Positions 14,157-23,290 of a stretch of DNA of 23,936 nucleotides are shown here, one piece after another (position 1 is the first letter of the stretch; the number at the start of each line of letters is the position of its first letter). Under the pieces are notes generated by a model. It was not told the DNA's origin. It worked only from the letters and a program-made list of their open reading frames with translations, and searched no databases. The translations under genes were made by a program, and so were the position numbers. The DNA comes from a virus: IMG/VR virus record IMGVR_UViG_3300010236_000015, one strand, 5' to 3'.

Positions 14157-14311
14157 TGCCCCGGATCAGAGGGACCAACCGGGGCATCCTCGGGGCGATT
14201 CGTCGCATCGATGACTGGGATGCTTTCGAGCGGCACAAGGCAGCCACCGCTTATTGGTATTGGCAGGCGTCGAGCGGGGCGTATCCGGCTCTAGACGGGG
14301 CGATGGGATGA
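14156..14311 (+). CDS. Hypothetical protein (51 aa)
   Basis: TGATG and ATGA overlaps at both ends. Confidence 0.45.
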   Translation: MPRIRGTNRGILGAIRRIDDWDAFERHKAATAYWYWQASSGAYPALDGAMG

Positions 14312-14559
14312 GTCAGGAAGAGGTGATTGCAGTCTTGTTGGCAGAGGGTCGACCAATGACGGCTTTCGAGATTCGGGATGTCCTCAGCGGCAAGCTCGGA
14401 ACCATCCAAGCAAACATTCGGACCGCAATGAAAAATCGGCGCGTAGTCCGGGTGGGCTCGGTCCCTCGCAGAAAAGGCGAGTCGGGCTATCCGAGGGCTC
14501 TATATGCTTTGGGAGATGAATACGATGACCGGGTCCAAATGGCCGATCCTAGAGAATAG
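14308..14559 (+). CDS. Winged-helix HTH protein
   Basis: VIAVLLAEGRPMTAFEIRDVL...TIQANIRTAMKNRRVVRV...RALYAL. Confidence 0.65.
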   Translation: MSQEEVIAVLLAEGRPMTAFEIRDVLSGKLGTIQANIRTAMKNRRVVRVGSVPRRKGESGYPRALYALGDEYDDRVQMADPRE

Positions 14560-14737
14560 AGATTGTCTCGCTAAGATGCTGGGACGGAAGATGACATATC
14601 AGGAAATAGCGGATGTGATCGGCGGCGGCTGCACCCGCGATGCTGTCGTCTATTGGATTAGAAAGCACAAGCTAAAGAGCCAACTGAGGCGAGGGACGAC
14701 GCTGGAGCCGAAGGCCTATTGGCCGGGGCATGAATGA
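14504..14737 (+). CDS. HTH protein (start may be ATG 14516 or 14525)
   Basis: KMTYQEIADVIGGGCTRDAVVYWIRKHKL. Confidence 0.65.
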   Translation: MLWEMNTMTGSKWPILENRDCLAKMLGRKMTYQEIADVIGGGCTRDAVVYWIRKHKLKSQLRRGTTLEPKAYWPGHE

Positions 14738-14895
14738 TCGCCTACTGCTGGGGGTGTATGCGCTCGGTGGACGAGTCCGAGATGAGGCGACGCGGCGGCG
14801 TGCTCTTGTGCCGCCGCTGCCACGCTATCCGCCTCCAGCAGAGGCATTTAGACGAAAAGTATTTATATCGTCATGAGGTTATATACAGGCAGTGA
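14734..14895 (+). CDS. Small zinc-finger protein (53 aa)
   Basis: Hand translation MIAYCWGC...LLCRRCH...; ATGA and GTGA overlaps at both ends. Confidence 0.6.
   Translation: MIAYCWGCMRSVDESEMRRRGGVLLCRRCHAIRLQQRHLDEKYLYRHEVIYRQ
14853..14868 (+). promoter_or_regulatory. BRE-TATA-like promoter, candidate for the packaging/late operon
   Basis: cgaaaagtaTTTATAT; GTG 14892 lies about 26 nt downstream. Confidence 0.4.
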
Positions 14896-15191
14896 TTCCG
14901 AACCCCGTCGGGCCACCGGACGGTAAGCAAGACTCCAGGGGGTTGGTCGTCCAGCCTCCGCCACCGACAGCTCGCCACTGGGAGCCCGTTTTTGGTGCGA
15001 GGCTGGAGATCCTTGATTTTATATGCCCTCATTGCCATAAAATAATCTTCTGGGACCTCCAGAACGGAGGATGTCCTACGTGCGGGATGAGGCCGAGGGA
15101 GATCTACCAGCCTTCGGAACCTTCCGAGCGGGACATTGCCCGATGGGGCCGATTTGTGGGTCGAAAATCCAAATTAAGACATGAAAGGTGA
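14892..15191 (+). CDS. Zinc-ribbon protein
   Basis: CPHC...CPTC. Confidence 0.6.
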   Translation: MIPNPVGPPDGKQDSRGLVVQPPPPTARHWEPVFGARLEILDFICPHCHKIIFWDLQNGGCPTCGMRPREIYQPSEPSERDIARWGRFVGRKSKLRHER

Positions 15192-15264
15192 ACTGATGAC
15201 ATGCCGCCGCCTGCGGTGATAATCATTCTGTCCTATCGATGTCCTATTGTCCGAGGCGCTTGTT

Positions 15265-15804
15265 ATGGCTTTTGAATCTATACAAGGTGATTTGGACAAA
15301 ATAGAAGAGCTTTTGTCCAAGGGCCTGAGCCCGCAATCCATAGCAAAAAAGCTGGGATATCCGAAGAAGTACAAGACGATTCAGAGGTACAAGAGAGACG
15401 TCTTCGACGTCCAAGCCGCTGCATCCGAGGCCTGGGAAGAGGAGAAGGCCAAGACGACCGAGGAGAGGCTCGAAGAGGGCAAGGTCCGAATCATAGACTC
15501 CCTGGAACTCCTCAACCTGGCGAAGCTTCGGGGCTGGCAACTCCTCGATCTCAATATTGGCGATCCGTACAAGACGGCCGGAGATGAGCAGGAGAAGGCC
15601 CTGTCTCTAGGATCGTGTGCGATTTACTGGGATCTAGGCACCAAGATCGCAACCCAAGCCATCCGACAAGAGCAAGAGATCGCCGGGGACGACCCGGAAA
15701 GCCGCAAGGCCGACGCCCTGGAGGGGTTAGGTGAGTCAGAGCTTAGAGAGCTTCATAAACTCCTTGTCGCTCGAAGGGACGAACTCGGTTCTGAAGCTGA
15801 CTAG
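15265..15804 (+). CDS. Putative terminase small subunit
   Basis: N-terminal HTH (IEELLSKGLSPQSIAKKLG), helical body, directly before TerL; start TTG 15247 or ATG 15265. Confidence 0.6.
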   Translation: MAFESIQGDLDKIEELLSKGLSPQSIAKKLGYPKKYKTIQRYKRDVFDVQAAASEAWEEEKAKTTEERLEEGKVRIIDSLELLNLAKLRGWQLLDLNIGDPYKTAGDEQEKALSLGSCAIYWDLGTKIATQAIRQEQEIAGDDPESRKADALEGLGESELRELHKLLVARRDELGSEAD

Positions 15805-17053
15805 ACGGAAGCTCGCCCCGTTCGATCCGGTCATCTTCGCTCAGGAATTTCTCGGATTCGAACCGGATTCCTGGCAGGCCGACTTCCTCCGATCGAAGGC
15901 CCCTCGGATTATCCTCAACTGCTCAAGGCAATCGGGCAAATCGACGATCGTGGCGATCCTCGCCTTGTGGGAGGCGATGTATCGGCCCAAGTCGGTTATC
16001 GTCCTCGATTCGCCATCTCTTCGCCAGTCTCAAGAATTGATGCTCAAATTCTCAGAGTTCTTAGCACAGATAGATCAAAAAGTAAAACTGGATTCGGACA
16101 CTAAGCTATCCGTCCGATTTCAGAACGGTTCAAGGGTCCTCGCCCTCCCGGGATCGGAGAAGACGATCAGAGGGCTTTCGGCTGTAACCCTATTCATCGA
16201 GGACGAAGCTGCGGGGGTTCCAGACGAGCTTTACAAATCCATCCGCCCCATGCTGGCGGTATCTCAGGGGAGGCTTATCCTGATGTCCACCCCGCGTGGG
16301 ATGCAAGGCCATTTCTTCGATATCTGGGAGCATGGTGAGGGGTGGGAGAAGATCGAAGTCAAGGCCGAACAATGCCCCCGGATCTCCCCCGACTTCCTGG
16401 CAGAAGAGAGGCGAGAGCTTGGGCCGATCTGGTTCGAGCAAGAGTACCAATGCGCGTTCGTGGCGGCGGGGGCGACTCGGATCAAGAGAGAGTGGTTGAG
16501 ATACGATGACCGTCCACCTCAAGACCTCAAAATCTCGATGGGCGTGGATCTGGCTATCTCGGAAAAAGCCACAGCCGACTATACGGCGGCGGCGGTCTTG
16601 GGCCGTGATCGGGACGGCGTGATCTACGTTCTCGATATCCAACGGCTCCGGACGTCGTTTTCCCAGCAGAAGGATTTCATCCACCAGATAGCCGAAAAGT
16701 GGCGGCCCGCTGTTATAGGGATCGAGGACGTTGCCTATCAGAAGGCGATGGTCCAGGAGATCGCCGCCGGGACGACTCATAACGTCCGGGGCATCAAGCC
16801 CGACAAGGATAAGATCTCACGGTTTGCCCCCCTGGAGGGCCGGTACGAACTCGGCCAGGTAGTCCATCTCCGGGGTCTTCCGCCCGATTTCGAAAGGGAA
16901 CTGCTGGCTTTCCCGATGGCCGACCACGACGACATGATCGATGCGATGAGTATCGCTTTCAAAGCCTTCGACGAGATGGCTACGATGTCCTACTCCCTCC
17001 CCCCGACGGCCATCAAGGGCCGGTCCCGCGCTCCGAAAAACACGTATTGGTAG
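15731..17053 (+). CDS. terL: Terminase large subunit
   Basis: Walker A SRQSGKS, Walker B LFIEDEAA, RNase H-like MGVDLA...ADYTA...HDDMIDAMS. Confidence 0.95.
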   Translation: MSQSLESFINSLSLEGTNSVLKLTRRKLAPFDPVIFAQEFLGFEPDSWQADFLRSKAPRIILNCSRQSGKSTIVAILALWEAMYRPKSVIVLDSPSLRQSQELMLKFSEFLAQIDQKVKLDSDTKLSVRFQNGSRVLALPGSEKTIRGLSAVTLFIEDEAAGVPDELYKSIRPMLAVSQGRLILMSTPRGMQGHFFDIWEHGEGWEKIEVKAEQCPRISPDFLAEERRELGPIWFEQEYQCAFVAAGATRIKREWLRYDDRPPQDLKISMGVDLAISEKATADYTAAAVLGRDRDGVIYVLDIQRLRTSFSQQKDFIHQIAEKWRPAVIGIEDVAYQKAMVQEIAAGTTHNVRGIKPDKDKISRFAPLEGRYELGQVVHLRGLPPDFERELLAFPMADHDDMIDAMSIAFKAFDEMATMSYSLPPTAIKGRSRAPKNTYW

Positions 17054-17059
17054 GTCAAT

Positions 17060-18448
17060 ATGAAGATCATCGATAAAGCCCGCAAGGCCTGGCCGTTCCA
17101 TCAAGAGGCCGCTCCATCAAAGACTTTGGGCAGGGCCATCGTCAAGCAGACGACCAAGCCCGCGGGCCACGTCAACCGCCAGATCACGCCCGAACTGATG
17201 GCCGAGAACCGGGGGGCCGCGCCGGTCCAGTCTGCCCTCACGATGCTCAACCGCCTCTGCTTTCTGGGCTTCGATTTCGTCCTCAAGCCGATGGATGATG
17301 ATGAGGGGGAGGCCGTCCAGAAGAAGATCGACGAGGCGAAAACTGAAATCAAGAGGAACGACGCCCGGATAGGGAGGGTCGGAAAACAGAAGAACGTCGG
17401 GACCCTGGGGTTGTGCCGGGGAGCGTTCCTGGACGGATGCACCTTCAGGCAGTCGGTCGTCGAATACGCCACCAAATTCGAGGAAGGTTGGATCCAGTTC
17501 TCTGATGTCCAACTCCTCCCCGGAACGTCCTTCTCCACCGCCCCCCCAACGCTGGCCGGAAACGAGAGGTACGTCTCTGACAAGATCCTACCTGGCATCG
17601 TCTTCGATTCGGGCGACGACCTGACCCGGTTCTTCCAGGGGCATGGGATGGGCCGATACGAAGAGATCGGGCCGGAAAACGTCCTCTACCTGGAGGACGC
17701 TTCGATACCTGACGATACCTCGATGATGCGAGCCGTAACACCGACCATCGAAGCCTGGAAAGAGGTGCGCCGGATAGCGATGTTGACTGAAGGCCGGGTC
17801 GGTGTCCCGAACGAGATCGCCCAGATCGACGCAAAGGACATCGCCCTCTTGAAAGAGGCCAATATCGATCCGAAGGTGGACGACCTCCTGGAGATCGCCG
17901 GGGACCTCGTAGAAAACCAGGGGTTTGATAGCGCCAAACTAAGCTATCCGGGGATGAGGCTCCAGTATCCGAACATCCCGATACCTCTCGACCCCTGGGA
18001 AGCGGACCAATATCTCAAGGTTGAGATCCTCAATTTCTTCTTCGGTAAAGATATCACAGAACAACTATCTCAGGCCATCTCCATCTCAGCCTCGCCCGCG
18101 AAAGCCCTCTTGGACGCCCGGATCGCTTCCGAGCGGGAACTGTGGGGTCGGCCCTTCGAAGCCCTCTGGAACCTCTGGCTGGAGTTGAACGGCTTCGAGT
18201 TCACCTGTGAGCTGGCGTGGTGGGATTGGACTCCTGACGATCAGGAGGCCGAAGCGAAAGCCGCACGCGACGACCTGATAGCGGGGATAATCACGATAAA
18301 CGAGGCGAGAGAGAAGCGGGGCTATGCTCCGCTTGGAGTTGTTGAAGGTCCGGATGGCGAAGAGATCGCCGAGAGAGACCTTCTCTACGCAGAGATCAAG
18401 GCCCGCAAGGGCGGGCAATCCTCAGATTTACCGGGGCCTGAAGAATGA
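17060..18448 (+). CDS. Portal protein
   Basis: 462 aa after TerL; C-terminal GIITINEAREKRGYAPL motif. Confidence 0.8.
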   Translation: MKIIDKARKAWPFHQEAAPSKTLGRAIVKQTTKPAGHVNRQITPELMAENRGAAPVQSALTMLNRLCFLGFDFVLKPMDDDEGEAVQKKIDEAKTEIKRNDARIGRVGKQKNVGTLGLCRGAFLDGCTFRQSVVEYATKFEEGWIQFSDVQLLPGTSFSTAPPTLAGNERYVSDKILPGIVFDSGDDLTRFFQGHGMGRYEEIGPENVLYLEDASIPDDTSMMRAVTPTIEAWKEVRRIAMLTEGRVGVPNEIAQIDAKDIALLKEANIDPKVDDLLEIAGDLVENQGFDSAKLSYPGMRLQYPNIPIPLDPWEADQYLKVEILNFFFGKDITEQLSQAISISASPAKALLDARIASERELWGRPFEALWNLWLELNGFEFTCELAWWDWTPDDQEAEAKAARDDLIAGIITINEAREKRGYAPLGVVEGPDGEEIAERDLLYAEIKARKGGQSSDLPGPEE

Positions 18449-18529
18449 CCACAAAATTCGAAATTCATCTTCAGTACACTTTCGCGCCGTTCATGTCGTC
18501 GATCGCCCCGGAGCCGGGGGGGGGATAGA

Positions 18530-20314
18530 GTGAAAGACATCCGCCGCGTCCTAGATGACCAGATCCCGGTGATCGAAGCCGACTTCCTGGGATGGGTTAA
18601 GTCTACTCTCTCGGCTACGGACTGGGAGGAGTTCCAGAGGCTCCTCGAAGGCGGCGACTTCGCTCAGGCGGCCAACCTCATCCAGTGGTCCGACTATGCC
18701 CCAGAAGCCGCCATCGGCGCGGCTCTAGGCGCGGCGGCACTGGCCAACTCCGAGAATCTGGGAGAACTCGTCGGGGTGAAGATTGCATTTGATCTGAAGA
18801 ACCCGCTCGCCCTTGATTGGATCGAAAAGCATGGTGCGGAACTCGTCGCCCAAGTCGATGAGCCGACAAAGAAGGCGTTGCGAGAGGTCATTTACCGTGG
18901 TTATTTCAGTGGCTACACCCCCCGAGAGCAGGCGAAGTACATCAAGGGCCTGGTAGGTCTGGATGAAAGACGAATGGGAGCGGTCGATAATTATGCTAAA
19001 GCGCTTCAGAGAAAAGGTCTATCGCCGGCTGAGATCAATCAGAAGGCGGCTCGGTATTCGGAAAAGCTTCTGAAACAACGGGCCCGGACGATCGCCGTCA
19101 ACGAGGCGTCTGAGGCCGCGACGAGAGGCCAATACTTCAGCACGAAGGACGCGGTGAATAGGGGCATAATGAGCCCCCGAGAATGGGAGGGCTTCCGGAT
19201 AGTCGCCGACGACGAGCGGCTATGCGACAGGTGCGCTCCTCTGGAGGGAGAAGGGCGATCGCTTCCGGACGGTGTTTATCCGTCCACCGGGTCAGTAACA
19301 ACTAAAGTACATGTTTTATGTCGTTGTACTGAGGGCTATCGAAAGATCATAACTGAGAGGGTAAAGATGAAACAAGCAACGAGGACCACAGAGGCGGTAT
19401 CTTCTCGGGCCGAGGTCATCTTCGAAGCGAAGGGGATCAAAGAGACCGACGAATCGATATTCGTCCCGACGGTCCCGATGGTGGAGGGTGTTTTCGAGGG
19501 GCACGGGTTCCCGGCCCTCCGGCTTTACGACGAGTTCGCCGAATATGCAAAATGGTTTGAAGGGCTGGCGGTCGTCCCGAACCACGAACCGATCGACCCG
19601 GACGCCAGGCGGATCGGCCAGATCCGGGACCCGAAGGCCGAGGCTCCGAAGAAGAGAGTCAAGGCGACGACCGAATTTTATAAGATCGATCTCACTCAGC
19701 GAGAGCTCGAGAAGCTCCGATCGAAGAAGCCCTCTCACGGTTCTCTGGCTTATTCTTGTTATATGGAATACGAGCCCGGCGAGTACAACGGGACTAGGTA
19801 CGAAGCTATTGAGCGGGGTCCTTACGTCTTCTATGAGTATTCAATGGTGCGAAATGGTGTCGTTACGCCCGATGATGGGGCGGGATTTCACGTCGAAAGA
19901 TCACAGTCACCGGCTCATCGAGCCACAAACAAAGGGGACAATAAAATGACAGGTGACCCAACCCCCGGCCATGAGCCGGGCATAACTGAGGCCGTAAAGC
20001 CTCTGATCGCCGAAGCCGTCGAGGCGGCGAAGGCCGAACTGACCGAGAAATATGAGGGGAAGATCAAGGAGCTGGAGGCCCGTGAGAAGGCGAGGGACCT
20101 GCTGGCGTTCACCGAAAGCCTCAAGCCCGGCCATCGCGCCGAAGCCGCCACGCTATACGAGGCCCTTCTGAAGGACCCGATCGGATGGGTGAGGGAGAAC
20201 GCTTCCAAGCTGGCTATACCGACTGAGGAACAGAAGCTCAAGGGCTCCCCGGTCACAGAGGGCGCTCCGAAGAGAGACCACCAGGCCGAGATGAGGGCCG
20301 TTTACGGAGAGTGA
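18530..20314 (+). CDS. Mu gpF/SPP1 gp7-like head protein fused to a putative prohead protease and scaffold
   Basis: RARTIAVNE...DDERLCDRCAPLEG...HVLCRC (gpF); second domain from ATG 19367 with VPNHEP; coiled-coil scaffold from ATG 19946. Confidence 0.75.
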   Translation: MKDIRRVLDDQIPVIEADFLGWVKSTLSATDWEEFQRLLEGGDFAQAANLIQWSDYAPEAAIGAALGAAALANSENLGELVGVKIAFDLKNPLALDWIEKHGAELVAQVDEPTKKALREVIYRGYFSGYTPREQAKYIKGLVGLDERRMGAVDNYAKALQRKGLSPAEINQKAARYSEKLLKQRARTIAVNEASEAATRGQYFSTKDAVNRGIMSPREWEGFRIVADDERLCDRCAPLEGEGRSLPDGVYPSTGSVTTKVHVLCRCTEGYRKIITERVKMKQATRTTEAVSSRAEVIFEAKGIKETDESIFVPTVPMVEGVFEGHGFPALRLYDEFAEYAKWFEGLAVVPNHEPIDPDARRIGQIRDPKAEAPKKRVKATTEFYKIDLTQRELEKLRSKKPSHGSLAYSCYMEYEPGEYNGTRYEAIERGPYVFYEYSMVRNGVVTPDDGAGFHVERSQSPAHRATNKGDNKMTGDPTPGHEPGITEAVKPLIAEAVEAAKAELTEKYEGKIKELEAREKARDLLAFTESLKPGHRAEAATLYEALLKDPIGWVRENASKLAIPTEEQKLKGSPVTEGAPKRDHQAEMRAVYGE

Positions 20315-20318
20315 AGAA

Positions 20319-21017
20319 ATGGCAATCAAAGCATTGAAGCCGGTACGAACCGGCATGTCCGGCCCGGCGATGACTCAGATTTGCGCCGCTCGGACCGCCT
20401 ACGGGGCCTATGTCGCCCGCGTCGCGTCTGGAACCGCGCAGGGCGCCCCCCTGGAAGATACTGAGGACGGCCTTGGATTCGCCGCCGAAGACAACAACGC
20501 TCACCTCTACGATGGGTTTTATGAGCAGTACGAACCGATGCCGATTATCACGTCCGGGCTCGTTTACGCTCTGGTGACGACGATCGCCGACACCAGCATT
20601 GTCGCCGGTGATTATCTGGACGTGGTGGACGTCTCCTCCGGAACCCAGGCTCTTGCGCTCGGTGTGCTGGCGGAATCCGGAAGCAACGCGGGCGAGACGA
20701 AGGTCGCCGCCTCTTCCGTTGCTCAGGCTATGGAGGATCTCACCCTCACCGCCGCTGGGACGTACACCCAGACTTTCACGACCGTTGCGGTCGGTGACAC
20801 GGAGATCGCCGGGCTCACCCATGCCACTATCGGCTTGAATGTCGGCGACTATATCATTCTGAGAGATGCCGACGGCAACGCTCAGCTCAACCGGGTCGCG
20901 GGACTACCTGACGCCACAACCGTCACTCTTGCGATTCCCGCGACGGTGGCGATCACTGGCGGTGGATCTACCGACTACGTGCACGCGGTCAGACAACTTC
21001 TGGTGAGGATACTTTGA
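20319..21017 (+). CDS. Head decoration/cement protein
   Basis: Between scaffold and MCP; A/G/T/V-rich beta protein with a GFAAED...MPIITSGLVYA pattern. Confidence 0.55.
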   Translation: MAIKALKPVRTGMSGPAMTQICAARTAYGAYVARVASGTAQGAPLEDTEDGLGFAAEDNNAHLYDGFYEQYEPMPIITSGLVYALVTTIADTSIVAGDYLDVVDVSSGTQALALGVLAESGSNAGETKVAASSVAQAMEDLTLTAAGTYTQTFTTVAVGDTEIAGLTHATIGLNVGDYIILRDADGNAQLNRVAGLPDATTVTLAIPATVAITGGGSTDYVHAVRQLLVRIL

Positions 21018-21027
21018 GGTGGTACAA

Positions 21028-21945
21028 ATGGCTATGAATTACGGATCTTATTCCCCCGAGGAAGCTCGCCAGATCTGGGAGAAGCGGCTTGTCAAGACGG
21101 CATCCGTCGAGCGAGACAAGAGGCTCGCCCGGAACCTGACCATGTACCGGGGGCTCCCCGCAACGGTCGATACCGACACCGTGACGACCGTAGTTGGGTC
21201 TGGAGGGAACAGCACCATCGCCGCCAAGATCACGGCAAAGGGCGCGGCTCCCGAAACGACCGACATCAAGGCAGGAGAAGAGGACTTCAAGCAGTACCAG
21301 ATCTCTCTCGGGTTCTACGTGAACGGCCGGGAGATGATGCAGGACCCCAGCGTAAAGAACGCGAAGGTGGACTGGTGCTATCGGAACATCGGGCGGCTGG
21401 AAGACTATATCTGGGTGAACGGTGACTCCACCATCAACCTGTCCGGTATGGTCACCCAGGCGAGGGCAAACCCCAACGGAAAGATCACGGCGTCCGGTGC
21501 ATCGGGGGCCGACGTGAACAACGTGGGAGCATGGGCCGGAACCGACTCTGATATCGACATCCAGAAGGACGTTCTGGAAGCCCTGTCCCGTATCGGCGAC
21601 GACTACGCCAATTCCCCCATGTTCCTGGTGGGGAGGCGGGCCGACCTCAAGTACATCCGCCAGCTTGACGACCTCCGCAACTCTTACGCCGATCAGATCC
21701 TCGACCTCTTCGGGGCCGGAAGCGTAAACGACTTCCTCCGGACTTCGTCCTACGTACCGACCGGGTACGTCTACATCGTGGCGAAGGATGCCGAGGTAGC
21801 GGAGTTCACCGTCTCCACTGAAATGATGGTAGACAACGATTACCCCAGGGAGAAGGGCGACAATTACTGGACCGAAGTCCGGGAGTGGATCAACCCGTTC
21901 CAGTGTTACGACGCAGAGGGATTCGTCGAGATTCAGATCACCTGA
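21028..21945 (+). CDS. Major capsid protein (HK97 fold, encapsulin/linocin-like)
   Basis: About 305 aa; IGRLEDYIWVNGDSTINLSGM; position; SD gaggtgg before ATG 21028 (GTG 21019 is an alternative start). Confidence 0.8.
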   Translation: MAMNYGSYSPEEARQIWEKRLVKTASVERDKRLARNLTMYRGLPATVDTDTVTTVVGSGGNSTIAAKITAKGAAPETTDIKAGEEDFKQYQISLGFYVNGREMMQDPSVKNAKVDWCYRNIGRLEDYIWVNGDSTINLSGMVTQARANPNGKITASGASGADVNNVGAWAGTDSDIDIQKDVLEALSRIGDDYANSPMFLVGRRADLKYIRQLDDLRNSYADQILDLFGAGSVNDFLRTSSYVPTGYVYIVAKDAEVAEFTVSTEMMVDNDYPREKGDNYWTEVREWINPFQCYDAEGFVEIQIT

Positions 21946-21980
21946 TGGTGATCTGGATACTCTTTTAGGAGGATGGAATT

Positions 21981-22640
21981 ATGGGAAACAATCCTCACAG
22001 TATAGTCAGCCGGATGAAGACGGCTCAGGCGGTCACAGGGATCAACGCCGATGGGGTCCTCGATATCGAGGAGCTTGACGCCGGAACGGTCAACGTCGCC
22101 GCCGACACGTTCATTTTCAACGATGCCGACGACGGGGCCACAAAAGAAGAGGCGATCGCTGATCTGGTGGCTGGCATAGCAGGCGCAGGCCTTCTGGCAT
22201 CGGCCGGAGTTCTCAGTGCGGGGACTTTGGCGCTTGCTACTGACGACGATAAAAGTTCTATCTTCATCGAGACCGGGACTTTTGATTTCGGTGGATCTGC
22301 CGATGCAGTCGATACCAAGATCATCGATTCGATGGCGGCAAAGGGTCAGCTTCTCTTTGCGATATATTCTGTCAACGAGGTTGCCAACGGGACGACTTCC
22401 GCAGTGATCAGCCTTTCCAGCGCGGCTTCAGCTGCGACCAAGATGGCCGACGATGTAACCATAACCCTAGAAGATACCGTCTATGAGAACAATAAGAACA
22501 ACGCTCTGATAGCATGGCCGGTGGCGGGGGCCGACAGTATCGTGGCTTCTGGAGGGGACGTTTACCTCTATGCCGCTGCCAGCGCGGGGAGAACGGCGGG
22601 CCAGATCAACTATATTCTGGTATTCATGAAGACAGCTTGA
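21981..22640 (+). CDS. Putative virion spike/decoration protein
   Basis: SD aggagga; fibre-type motif VAADTFIFNDADDGATKEEAIADLVAGIAGAGL followed by a beta-sandwich-like C-terminus. Confidence 0.5.
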   Translation: MGNNPHSIVSRMKTAQAVTGINADGVLDIEELDAGTVNVAADTFIFNDADDGATKEEAIADLVAGIAGAGLLASAGVLSAGTLALATDDDKSSIFIETGTFDFGGSADAVDTKIIDSMAAKGQLLFAIYSVNEVANGTTSAVISLSSAASAATKMADDVTITLEDTVYENNKNNALIAWPVAGADSIVASGGDVYLYAAASAGRTAGQINYILVFMKTA

Positions 22641-22651
22641 GGTGAGAAGAG

Positions 22652-23290
22652 ATGGTAAACGCTCGTAATCCGCTATCGGTGAGAGCACTCTTGGGGACAT
22701 TGAACGGCCTGGTCGGCGAGGTCCAGGCCACCCCGACGGCCAATACCCTCCTCGCCCGAGTCAAGGCCATCGCCGACGCCCTGCCCGGCATCGGCCAGAA
22801 GACCGCCGCAAATTCCATGTCGATCATCCCGGCTTCGGACATGGGAACGATAGCCGTATCAGCGGCGAGTCTGCCTCTCCCATCCGGCGCGGCGACTTCG
22901 GCAAAACAAGACACGGCGAAAGGCGTCCTAGACAACATCGAAGCTGGAATCGACGAGCTGAAGGCCGAGATCGTACTGGGCGCTCGCGTCACGACCACGG
23001 CTGCTCTGACGGTTTCAGCGTCTGGAGACAATACGGTGATAGCAGCCCCAGGCGCTGGCAAACATCTGGCCATATACAGGCTCGTCATGACTGCGGCCAG
23101 AGGTTCAGAGGTAGATATAATCCTGAAATCGGCAGCTACGACGAAATCCGGTGCGATGGTGGCCGACACTTACGATCTCGATTTCGGTGATGCTCCTCTG
23201 ATCTGTGGCACAAATGAAGCGTTCATTGTGAATCTATCGGCGGCGGTCGCCGTCACTGGATTCGTCCAGTACATCGAGGTGGCGGAATGA
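22652..23290 (+). CDS. Putative virion structural protein
   Basis: IGQKTAANSMSIIPASD motif and a beta-rich C-terminal domain; A/T/V-rich. Confidence 0.5.
   Translation: MVNARNPLSVRALLGTLNGLVGEVQATPTANTLLARVKAIADALPGIGQKTAANSMSIIPASDMGTIAVSAASLPLPSGAATSAKQDTAKGVLDNIEAGIDELKAEIVLGARVTTTAALTVSASGDNTVIAAPGAGKHLAIYRLVMTAARGSEVDIILKSAATTKSGAMVADTYDLDFGDAPLICGTNEAFIVNLSAAVAVTGFVQYIEVAE

Noticed and set aside
17051-17062. In-frame TAG between TerL and portal as read-through
   Set aside because: One-in-three coincidence; both proteins are complete and a TerL-portal fusion is mechanistically implausible
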